A stretch of DNA of 64,000 nucleotides from Anolis carolinensis (lineage: Eukaryota): assembly GCF_035594765.1 (NCBI RefSeq), contig NC_085846.1:955513-1019512 (forward strand), in the 5' to 3' direction. Of the stretch, positions 22,154-33,757 are shown one piece after another. The notes under the pieces were generated by a model, which made no database searches, was not told the origin of the DNA, and saw only the letters and a program-made list of their open reading frames with translations. Within the stretch, counting starts at the first letter, position 1, and the number at the start of each line of letters is the position of its first letter. A program made the translations under genes and the position numbers.

Positions 22154-25100
22154 ATGGTGAGTTTCCAGGGAGACGGAGGGAGGCGCGGGGGGGGGGGCGA
22201 GGGGGCGCTCGGTCCCTCATTCATCCGGTCTCATCCGGGTCTCTCCCGTCCCTCGTTCGCGTTGGCAGGCCTCTTCCGCGGCGTCGGCGGCGCTGACGCA
22301 AGGCCTGGAGCGCGTCCCGGACCAGACCGGGTACCTCGTCATCTGCGACGGAGCCGTGCTGGCGGTGAGGCGGGGGCGGGGCCTGGGAGACGGGGCGGGG
22401 CCTGGGAGAGGGAGTGACCGAGGATTCAGGGGTGGAGAGAAGGGGGCGGGGCCTGGGAGACGGGGGCGGGGCCTGGGAGAGGGAGTGACCGAGGATTCAG
22501 GGGTGGAGAGAAGGGGGCGGAGCCTGGGAGACGGGGGCGGGGCCTGGGAGAGGGAGTGACCGAGGATTCAGGAGTGGAGAGAAGGGGGCGGGGCCTGGGA
22601 GAGGGGGGCGGGGCCTGGGAGAGGGAGTGACCGAGGATTCAGGGGTGGAGAGAAGGGGGCGGGGCCTGGGAGACGGGGGCGGGGCCTGGGAGAGGGAGTG
22701 ACCGAGGATTCAGGGGTGGAGAGAAGGGGGCGGAGCCTGGGAGACGGGGGCGGGGCCTGGGAGAGGGAGTGACCGAGGATTCAGGGGTGGAGAGAAGGGG
22801 GCGGAGCCTGGGAGGGGGGCGGGGCCGGGGAAGGCTGGGAGTGAGGATTGAGAGGGGGCGGGGCCTGGGAGGGGGCGTGGTTGAGGACCGCTTTGAGTCC
22901 CCCTGGGTCAGTGTTTCTCACCCTGGGGGTTGGGACCCCGGGGGGGGGTCGCGAAGGGGGTTTCAGAGAGGTCGCTAAAGACCACCATATTTCTGATGGT
23001 CTTAGGAACCCAAATCCCTCCAGTATTTCCTGCCTGTCATGGGGATTCTTTGGGCCAAGTTTGGTTCAGCTCCATCGTTGGTGGGGTCCAAGGGGCTCTT
23101 TGATTGTAGGTGAACTATAAATCCCAGCAACTACCACTCCCAAATGTCAAGGACGATTTCCCCCAAACTCCACCAGTGCTCCCATTTGGGCATCTTGAGT
23201 ATTGGTGCCAAGTTTGGTCCAGATCCATCATTGTTTGAGTCACTTCACTTCACTTTATTTCTTAATTACTCGCTCTCCACCAGGGTGCTCTGAGCAACTT
23301 ACAATTTAAAATATCATTCCACAATATAAAAAAATACAACATAAAAACATTCAACAGTGACTGTTGTATGTCTTTCGAGCTGTGTGGCCATGTTCCAGAA
23401 GCATTCTCTCCTGACGTTTCGCCCACATCTATGGCAGGCATCCTCTGAGGATGCCTGCCATAGATGTGGGCGAAACGTCAGGAGAGAATGCTTCTGGAAC
23501 ATGGCCACACAGCCCGAAAGACATACAACAACCCTGTGATCCTGGCCATGAAAGCCTTTGACAATTCAACAGTGACTATTTGGCAAATTAGATCTGATTT
23601 ACTTCAATGGACAACCAAACAGCCAAGTCTTGAGTCCACGATGCTCTCTGGATGTAGGTGAACTACAACTCCCAAACTCAAGGTCAGTGCCCACCCACCA
23701 AACCCTTCCAGTGTTTCCTGTGGGTCATGGGAGTTCTGTGTGCCAAGTTTGGTTCAGTTCCAGAATGCTCTTTGATTGTAGGTGAACTCTAAATCCCAGC
23801 AACTACAACTCCAAAATGGCAAAACCAATCCCTTCCTGAACCCACCAGTATTCAAAGCTGGGCGTATTGGGTACTTGTGCCAAATGTGGTCCAGTGAATG
23901 AAAATACATCCTGCATATCAGATATTTACGTGACGATTCATAACAGTTGCTAAAGGACAGTGATGAAGTAGCAACAGAAATAATGTGATGGTTGGGGGGG
24001 GGGGGGTCACCACCACATGAGGAACTGGATTAAGGGGGTGGCGGCATTAGGAGGGTTGAGAACCACTGCCCCAGGTAAAGGTAAAGGTTTTCCCCTGACG
24101 TTAGGTCTTGTTGTGTCTGACTCTGGGGGTTGGGGCTCATCTCCATTCCTAAGCCGAAGAGCTGGCGTTGTCCGTAGACGTCTCCAAGGTCATGTGGCCA
24201 CAGGCATGGCTGCATGGAGCGCCCTAGGAGTGAGAAAAGCAGTCTACAAAATAAATCCTAATACTAGACACAGAGCTGCTTTGAGTCTCCAGGTGGAGAG
24301 AGAAGGTGGGGTATAGATAAACCTAATGCTAATACTAGGAGCCCCGGTGGCAAAGTGTGTTAAAGCGCTGAGCTGCTGAACTTGCAGACCAAAAGGTCCC
24401 AGGTTCAAATCCCGGGAGCGGAATGAGCGCCTGCTGTTAGCTCCAGCTCCTGCCAACCTAGCAGTTCGAAAACATGCCAATGTGAGTAGATCAATAGGTA
24501 CCACCCCGGTGGGAAGGTAACGGTGCTCCATGCAGACATGCCAGTGGCCACATGACCTTGGAGGGGTCTACAGACAACGCCGGCTCTTTGGCTTAGAAAT
24601 GGAGATGAGCACCAGAGTCCCAGAGTCAGACATGACTGGACTTAACGTCAGGGGAAACCTTGACCTTTACCTTAATGCTAGTACTAATTCCCCTCCTTGG
24701 CTGACCCCCTCCCTCCCCCTCCCCTTTGCAGTCAGCGGGTGACCTGGAGAATGACGAGCGCACGGCGGCGGCCCTCTCGGAGCTGGCCAGCACCGCCTGC
24801 GCCTTCCGCCTGCCGCGCTCCACGGACGTGCCCTTCCGGCGCATCTCAGGTGAGAGGAGGGGAAGGGGCCTTCTCTGGGGACACCCCCACCCCCCACTTT
24901 CGTGCTGGGGAAACGGGCAGGGGGCCAGGGTTGGGTTGTTGTGTCACATATCAAGTCAGTGCCCTTTGGCTTTACTCCTGCAGGATTCTGGGAAATGTAG
25001 TCAAAGGCAGGGCCTTTGGGATTCCCAGCCAAGCAGGTCCCGTCTCCCCTGAACTACATTTCCCAGAATTCTGCTGTGATGCAGGGCTTCATCCCACGTC

Positions 25101-25319
25101 ACTGGAGCATCTCTCGCTTCCAACCTTGTGGCTGCCTTGCCTCCTGCAGAGCTATGGGAGTCGTAGTGTCACCCACTTCCGGCCTGTGTCCTCTTCCTCT
25201 TCCTCCCCCTCCCCCTTGCAGTGGTGTTTGGGGAGCACTCCTTCCTGGTGACCGTCTCCGGACAGAAGCTCTTTGTGGTCAAGAGGCAGAACACCGTCCG
25301 GGAGCCGGTCATCGTCTGA
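22154..25319 (+). CDS. LAMTOR4: Ragulator subunit LAMTOR4, 104 aa; exons 22154-22156 (ATG only), 22269-22364, 24732-24849, 25222-25319
   Basis: [25 protein letters not shown]|SAGDLENDE...VPFRRISV|[26 protein letters not shown]|GTGAGT first exon; AATAAA at 25526. Confidence 0.96.
22370..22875. repeat. 71-bp G-rich VNTR, ~6-7 copies, LAMTOR4 intron 2
   Basis: GTGACCGAGGATTCAGG recurs at 22414, 22485, 22556, 22627, 22698 and 22769. Confidence 0.92.
22909..24068. mobile_element. Non-autonomous hAT transposon with nested insertions
   Basis: TIR CAGTGTTTCTCA...TGAGAACCACTG; imperfect 8-bp TSD CCCTGGGT/CCCCAGGT. Confidence 0.7.
23441..23483 (+). ncRNA. Minimal hammerhead ribozyme in palindromic Penelope fragment, LAMTOR4 intron 2
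   Basis: TCCT-CTGAGGA-TGCCTGC catagat GTGGGC-GAAACGTC-AGGA. Confidence 0.7.
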
Positions 25320-27107
25320 GCAGAAACTTAAGCTTCCTCCTCCTTCTGATGATGATGGTGATTTTGTTGGGACCGAGGAAGTGGCAGCAAAAGGGGGAAG
25401 AAGTGGAGCCCCCCCCCCCCCCCTGCACAGCATTGCACACAAGGCACACCAGGGAAGATGGGCCACTCTTGGGTCTGGCCGTCGGGACATGAGGGAAGAG
25501 GGTCACTCCTGGCTGTGTCATAGGGAATAAAAAACCTTTTTAAAAATGAAAACCCCTACAAGTGTGTTTCCATGCTTTTAGCGCAGGCCTGGGCCAACTG
25601 CAGCCCTCCCCACAGGTGTTTGGACTTGACAAGGGGAAATGTAAGATATATACCACACTTGGGCAGAAAGCAATGAAATGCAAAGAGACAGGATGGGAGA
25701 TGCCTGGCTCCACGACATGCGAGAAGGATCTTGGGAGTCTTGGTGCAGAACAAGCTGAACACGAGCCGAGAGAGAGAGAGAGAGAGAGGCAGGAGCTGAA
25801 CAGCCCAGTGGGATGCGTGTCTGCGCCCAAAGGAGTCCAGTGTCCAGATCAAGGCAAGAAGGCAGGTTGGGGTTGGACTAGATGGCCTTTGGGGGTCTCT
25901 TCCTACTCTATTATTCTAGGATGCCATGAGAGCCCTGCTGCCCCCACTGGCTTGCAAAGAGAAAGGCTGGAGGAGGGGGAGGTTTCCAGGACAACAAGCC
26001 CCGCCTCTTCCTGTCTGTGGCTACAAAGAAGCAAGGCTCTGACTGGGGAATTTGCCACACTTCCTTCCTGGCCACGGAATGGGGGGGGGTTGCAGTGCTG
26101 CTCATGTGCCCCCCCCTTAAAGCCCCACCCTCACGCCCTTGGCCTGCAAATGGCCAGTTCCTTGGACATTGATTGATGTGTTTTGCAGGTGGAGGGTTGA
26201 CTATTGTCATTTTCGTTTCTCGTGCATTCCTTTATCTTGCTTGGTAGGTCAATGTCTTCAGCAGAAAACCCTGCCGTTCCCAAAGTTTCTGCAAAGGCTT
26301 TTTTGGAAGAATAGAGCATCATCCTCCACCTGAGGTTCAAAACACAAAGGGAGAGATCCTAGGGCAGCATGCATTTGGGGAGGGGGTGCCTTTGTCCCCC
26401 TGTGTGTGTGTGTGCGCCTGTGTCCCCCCCCCCCCCCTGGATGCAGTTCTTTGGCCACAAATGAAACGGGGTCTGCTTTTCAGGTGGTCAACCAGCGCCA
26501 TTTATTCACAAACGCACAGGTGTTTGGAGCTGCTCAAGAGGCAATTTTTTTTAAAAAAAACACAACATGACAATAACATATAAATAACAGGAAATTAAAT
26601 AAAGTGCAATGGGCGGGCATTCCAGCCTGAGATGATGGATGGGGATGGCACGGAGAGGGTCTGGCTCCTGGGGTGAAGGGGCTCGAAGCAGGAGGGAGGG
26701 AGGGGCAGGACGGAGGGAGGGAGGGAGGGCGGGCGGGAGGGGAGCATAACCCCTGGGGTCCCGGCAGAGTCCACTGCAGGAGGAGGAAGGGCCGGGCTGC
26801 CCTCCACCAGCAGGGGGCAGCACTGGGGCCCAGGATGCGCTGCAGCGTCAGCAGCATCAGCGGCACCAGCTGGGCTTCCTTCTTTCCCTCTTTCGCACCG
26901 GGGTCCCACAGACGGATGGCACAGCGAGGGGTTTTCTGGCAACAGAGAGCGAGGCGCAGGCCCTCCTTGTGCAGCGCGTGGCCATTCCTGGCGGAGAGAG
27001 CCTGTGGCGTGGGGAGGGGGACATACTGGCGGGGGGGGGGGGGAGGCAGGGCGACACGATGGCCGCGGAGAGGGGCCCTCCGGCCCTCCCTTGGGGTCCC
27101 GCCTGCC

Positions 27108-30100
27108 TCACGTCCCGGGCGCAATGACCAGCACCTTGCACTCGCGCTTGGCGATCTTGTCCAGGGAGAGGGCGGCCTTGTCGGGGGGCAGGTAGAGTGG
27201 CCGCCCCACCGGGGAGCCCACCGGGGGGGTGATGGCCCTGCGCTCCATGACGCTGCCGGACCTGTGGGGAGAAAGAGGAAAAGAGGGGGGTGCGTCAGTA
27301 TGGATTGGGGGGGGCAGCATGCGCCCTAAGCCGCTTGTCTGAATGTCCTTCTTTACCCGCTTCCTTCCTCTCAGTTTAATGATACTCCCCATTAACATCT
27401 GCATGGAGCTCTGAGCATCTTCTAGAAAGGCAGTTGTGCTGCACGTCACAGAGGAAATGCCTTTGAAGTTATTCAAGAGGGGTCTCCTCCTTTGTCCCCC
27501 AGTTTAGTCCAGCTTCAGTCCAGTCTGGTCCCAGTTGCTGGTCATGTAGCCTGCGTGGAGCATGGCCTTGTCTCTTGGGCCCATGCTCAAGCGGAGGAGC
27601 CCACCTTTCATTCTCTATCCTTCATGGATTATCCCATTCATCCAGTTGAAAAGCAACTCACTAATGCCTTGAAAGATCTCTCCAGCTACTACAAGGAGAA
27701 CCACCTGAACCTAATCCTTCCAAGACACAAGTGTGTGCTTTCCACCTACGTAACCGCGAAGCCAACAGGAAACTGAAAGTGACTTGGGAAGGCCAAGAGC
27801 TCGAACACTGTTTCCATCCTAAATACCTTGGTGTCACCTTAGACCGAACACTAACATATAGGAAACACTGCATGAACACCAAGCACAAAGTAGCTGCACG
27901 CAATAACATCCTGCGGAAACTGACTGGCAGCGCATGGGGTGCAGACCCACAAGTAGTAAGAACATCAGCCCTGGCCTTGTCTTTCTCAACTGCAGAGTCT
28001 GCCTGTCCTGTCTGGCACAAGTCTGCCCATGCAAAGCAGGTGGACATAGCACTGAACGAAACATGCAGAATCATCACGGGATGCCTTAAACCTACACCTG
28101 ATGATAAACTCTACAAGTTAGCTGGCATTGCCCCTCCTGACGTGCGACGGGAAGTTGCTGCTAACGGTGAGAGAAAGAAGGTCGAACATTGTGAAAGCCA
28201 TCCACTGCATGACTATCACCCTCCTCCCACCAGACTCAAATCAAGGAAGGGCTTCATGAGAACCACCACTCCCTCCTCCTGATGTCCCTCCAGCAACAGC
28301 AAGGGTGTCCCTCTGGGCAGCTAAACCTGGCAATTCCAACTGGATGGCCCCCCAAGAGGGTCTTCCTTCCTCCAGGGCAAACCAAGAATGGGCCACTTGG
28401 AAGTCCCTGAACAGACTCAGAAGTGGAGTGGGCAGATCCAAAGGGAACCTGGCAAGGTGGCACTCCCTGGAGGAATCCTCCACCTTGTGTGACTGTGGAG
28501 CTGAACAAACAACTCCGCACATGTCTGCTTGCCCACAATGCCCTGCCTCATGTACGGAGGAGGAGTTGTTTAAAGCTACAGACAATGCGGTTGCTGTTGC
28601 CCGCTTTTGGTCCAAAACTATTTAGTTGCTTGTGATTTCTTTCTTTTCTATTTTATTTCCATTATTTGAAATGTATTTGCTGTACCAATGCTTTTGACAC
28701 GAAATAAAATAAATGGATCATCCCTTTGATATACTGCAGCGAGGGCACCCAGACCTGTGTGATGCTTTTGCACAAGATTTTGTGAGTAAACTGGTTTTTA
28801 ATTACATCAACCATTTGATGTGGCGTGCTGAATTCCTCTGGCCTCTGTGCCTGCTTTGATAAAAGGGGGGGGGGCTGTGACCACCTATTGTGATGAGCTT
28901 CACTCTGGCCTGTTCCTGCTTAAAAAGCAAGCTCTTGTCGTGTCTTTGGCTCTGCTAATGTGCTCAGGAAAGGTTCAGCTCTTCCAAAGGGATCTGTTTT
29001 GCCCCTGTCCTCACGGCCCGAGGCCTCCCACCACTCATTTAGCACAAGCACCCAACAGCAGGAAGGCCCCTCCCCTCCCCCCGTCCCCCAAGACCCCCGC
29101 CAGCCCCCCCCCCCCGTGCCCCGATGACCCACCGCATGAGGTGTCCCCTGGCCGGCTGCTGGTGGGAGAAGCTCTGGGAGCGCCCGAGGCTGGCCTGGTG
29201 CCGCTCCACCAGCTCCCGCACGGCCGGGCTGCCGGGGCTGCTCTTGCGCGAGACCGGGCGGGCTTCGGGCGGCGGGTTCGAGACGCTGGCCGTGAACTGC
29301 AGCTTCAGCTTCATGTGCTGGGAGAGCTGCAAGCGAGGAGGGCGGACAGGGAAGGGGGTCAAAAGGAAGGGGCGGGAGAGAAAAGGGGGGGTTTGCTAAT
29401 AGAACACCATGGATTTCCACAAGGACAAAGGTAAGATGCTACACTTAGGCAGAAATAAATTTGATCTTAATCGTATGTTTTAACTTTTCATTTGTGCGTT
29501 TTCGGTACAGTAGAGTCTCACTTATCCAACATTCGCTTATCCAACGTTCTGGATTATCCAACGCATTTTTGTAGTCAATGTTTTCAATACATCATGATAT
29601 TTTGGTGCTAAATTCGTAAATACAGTAATTACTACATAGCATTACTGCGCATTGAACTACTTTTTCTGTCAAATTTGTTGTCTAACATGATGTTTGGGTG
29701 CTTAATTTGTAAAATCATAACCTAATTTGATGTTTAATAGGCTTTTTCTTAACCCTTCCTTATTATCCAACATATTCACTTATCCAACATTCTGGCGGCC
29801 CGTTTATGTTGGATAAGTGAGACTTTACTGTATTTGATGTTTTTGTATGTATACTCTTTTGCATTTCTAAGCCACCCTGAGTCCCTGCGGGGGGAGAGAG
29901 GCTGGGTACAAGAATAAAAATTATTATTATTATTATTTAAATAAATGAAATGCAAAGAGACAGGATGGGAGACGCCTGGCTCAACAACAAGTGAAAAAGA
30001 TCTGGGAGTCTTTTATTTATTTATTTATTTATTATTTAAACTTTATATGCCGCCACTCCCCTAGGGCTTTGTGGAGAACAAGTTGGACATGAGCCAAGAG

Positions 30101-31203
30101 TGTGATGCAGCATCTCAAAAGGCCAATGGGATTTTGGGCTGTGTAGTGTCCAGATCGAGGGAAGTCACAGTGCCTTTGTATTCTGCTTTGGTCAGACCTC
30201 TTCACCTGGAACCACACTGCGTCCAATTCTGGGGCCCACAGTTCAAAAGAGCCTCTGTTTAGAAGTTTCTAAGGCAGGAGCTCCCACCACACTCTGAGGC
30301 AGAGAGTTCCACTGCTGAACAACTCTCCTTACGGTCAGGAAGTTCTTCCTCATGTTCAGGTGGAATCAGCTTAGAGTCAAGCTGGAGGGAGTCCAGAGGA
30401 AGAGGGAGGCTCAAAGGCCTGAATCATCCCTCTGAGGAGCGTCTTAAAAAACTGGGTCTGTTGAGCCTCAGAAGAGAAGGTGGGGAGGAGGCATGAGAAG
30501 AGCCATGGATCCATAGGTGAAAGGGTGTCCTAGGGAGGAGGGAGGGGCTCGTTTCCTTCTGTCCTGGAGACTGGGACTCACTGGAGCCAAGGACAGGAAA
30601 GAAAGGAGATGCCACCTGAACATGAGGAAGAACTTCCTGACCGTAAGGAGAGTTGTTCAGCAGTGGAACTCTCTGCCTCAGAGTGTGGTGGAAGCTCCTG
30701 CCTCGGAAACTTTTAAACAGAGGCTGGATGGCCATCTGTCAGGGATACTTTGATTGTGCTTTTCCTGCACGAAGGCAGAAGAGGGTTGGACTGGATGGCC
30801 TTTAAAGATCTCTTCCAAGTCTTAGTTCAGTCGGCTTTGTTGGCTCTCTTGGTTTTTTGGCTGCATAATAATTTAAATAACTATTTTAAGTGAATTTTAA
30901 TTGTGTTTTTTTAATCATTTATGTTTAACGTCTTCAATGTTTCTAGGTTCTATTGCACTTTATCTATTTACGAAATTGTAACTCATAATGTGCACCTTGC
31001 TTATCTGCTATTGCAACCTCATTGTTTTTAATTTGATGTTTTAATACCGCGTTGTGTTTTTTTTGGTTACTGTGTATATATTACTATTGGGTTTTGTTAT
31101 TGTTCTTTGATGTTTCATATTTTATCATTGTTTTGTATCTGATTTTGCTGTTAAGCCGCCCCGAGTCCCCTTCGGGGGAGATGGAGGCGGGATATAAATA
31201 AAC

Positions 31204-31260
<57 letters not shown>

Positions 31261-33708
31261 AGTAGAGTCTCACTTATCCAAGCCTCGCTTATCCAAGCCT
31301 CTGGATAATCCAAGCCATTTTTGTAGTCAATGTTTTCAATATATCATGATATTTTGGTGCTAAATTCGTAAATACGGTAATTACAACATAACATTTCTGC
31401 GTATTGAACTACTTTTTCTGTCAAATTTGTTGTATGACATGAAGTTTTGGTGCTTAATTTGTAAAATCATAACCTAATTTGATGTTGAATAGGCTTTTCC
31501 TTAATCCCTCCTTATTATCCAAGTTATTCGCTTATCCAAGCTTCTGCTGGCCCGTTTAGCTTGGATAAGTGAGACTCTACTGTATTAGATGTTAGGTTAG
31601 GTTTTTCTTTCATTTTGGGGGGTTATAAGTTTGCCTCAGGTGTTGGTTTTGTTGGCTTTTTGGGGGGGAACTGGCTGGCTTGTTATTTGTATTTGTTTTG
31701 ACGAATGTCTTACGGCATTGCACGTTCGCCATGTCCCCTTGGGGAGATAGATAGGGCGGAATACAAATAAAGTTGTGTATGATGTTATAGCGCTGGAAGC
31801 CCTTTGGCAGGCCAGGCCGGGTGGCAGGCCGGGCTGTGCTCCGCTTGAGGGCCACCCAGAGGCCCAGCCGGGAAGCGCCTCCAGAGGCGGGTGGAGTGTC
31901 CTCACCTCGTAGAGTCCGGCGCGCAGGGCCTGGAAGGTGACGCGGAAGGTGCGGGCGCTGCCTTTGCGGGAGAAGCCCAGGTTGTTGAGGGGCGTGTGGC
32001 ACACAATGGCCTCCTGCGTGTCCTGCAGCGCGCGCCGCTCCTCGCGGGACAGCTTCTTGCCTGCAGCCGGGAGTCAGAGGTCAGGGCCGGCCGGCCACCG
32101 GGAGCAGGGCCCCCACCCCTCCCTTCTGCCCCCCCGGGGGTCCTGGCCCCGCCCACCCAGCCCCTCCCTCACCTGCGGCGGCGCTCTCCGGGGTCCAGAC
32201 CAGGCGCACGGCCAGGAAGTCCTGCAGGTTGTTGATGAGCGTGTAGGTGACGGTGAAGCGGCGGTGCAGCGGGACGGGCGAGGGGCATTCCGCCGTCATC
32301 ACGAAGCGCGGCCGCGACAGGCGGATGCTGGGCAGCCTGCGCAAACGGGGTGGGGGTCACACTTCAGAACTGGGAAGGGGGCGTGGCCGAGGAGACCCCA
32401 CCCAGGAAGGTAAGTGCACGCAGAAGACCCCTCCCTCCAACTGCAGGGGTGGGAGAAGTGGGAGAGGCCCATCTCTGCTCTGCACCCTCCAATAGGGATG
32501 GACCCCTGCCCCACACAGAGTCTGTCAACAGCCCCCTTCTTTTGTCCCTGGGCCAACTTGGGCCCTCCCTCCAGGAGTCTTGGACTCCAACTCCCACAAT
32601 TCCTAACAGTTAGAGTCCAAAACGCCTGGAGGGGCAAGGTTTGCAGATGCATCCTTGGTGCTGGAATGACTACTATTGGCAGCTTAGGTAGTTTTACAGG
32701 TGTTCTCCTGAAGCCTGATTAAAATAAAATAATAATAAAAATATAAAATAATAACAGAAACAATAAAGATTAAAATCTAGTATAATAATGTTATCAAATA
32801 ATATAATGAAATATCTATATATATAAATGAGTGATAGCATCACGGTGACCAACAAAACAACAAAACTACAGGCCCCCCAACCTCGAAATTTGACAACACA
32901 ACCCATCATACATGCCTCTAGGTTGATACAACAAAAAGAAAAGAAAAATAAAGTCCTAATTAGAGGGAAAGGAATAATTGTTTTTAGCCAATTGCTGCCA
33001 GTTAGAGGACTAATCTCTGCCCACTTGGTATCCTAGCAACCAACTCAGCCCAGGGGACAGGCAGACTTAGGCTTTAAAGCTGCAAGGCCATTACATCCTA
33101 ATCATTTTCCCTAATTGCAGCATTCATACTTGCCTCCAACAGACAAAAAACAAAAAAAAATCAGAAATATTGTATATTCACAACCTTTAGGAAATAATAT
33201 CCCCTGATGGCGCAGCGTGTTAAAGCGCTGAGCTGCTGAACTTCTGGACCAAAAGACCGCAGGTTTGAATTGGGGGAGCGGAGAGAGCCCTCACTGTTAG
33301 CCCCAGCTTCTGCCAACCCAGAAGTTCAAAAACATGCAAATGTGAGTGCATCAATAGGTACTGCTCCGGCGGGAAGGTAACGCCGCTCCATGCAGTCATC
33401 CCACATGACCTTGGAGGAGTCTACGGACAACGCCGGCTCTTTGGCTTAGAAATGGAGATGAGCACCAACCCGCAAAGTCAGACATGACTGGACTTAATGT
33501 CAGGGGGAAACCTTTACCCTTGACCTTAACTACCACCAATTCCTCAATACTTTATTTCCCAGACCACCAGACTTTGCCACAGCAACGCGTGGCCGGGCAC
33601 AGCTAGTAACAATATAAAACAATAAAATAATAATAAATATTAAAATAATATATTATTATAAAAATAATATAACAGTGATATATAATAATTATATAATAGT
33701 AATAATAG

Positions 33709-33757
<49 letters not shown>

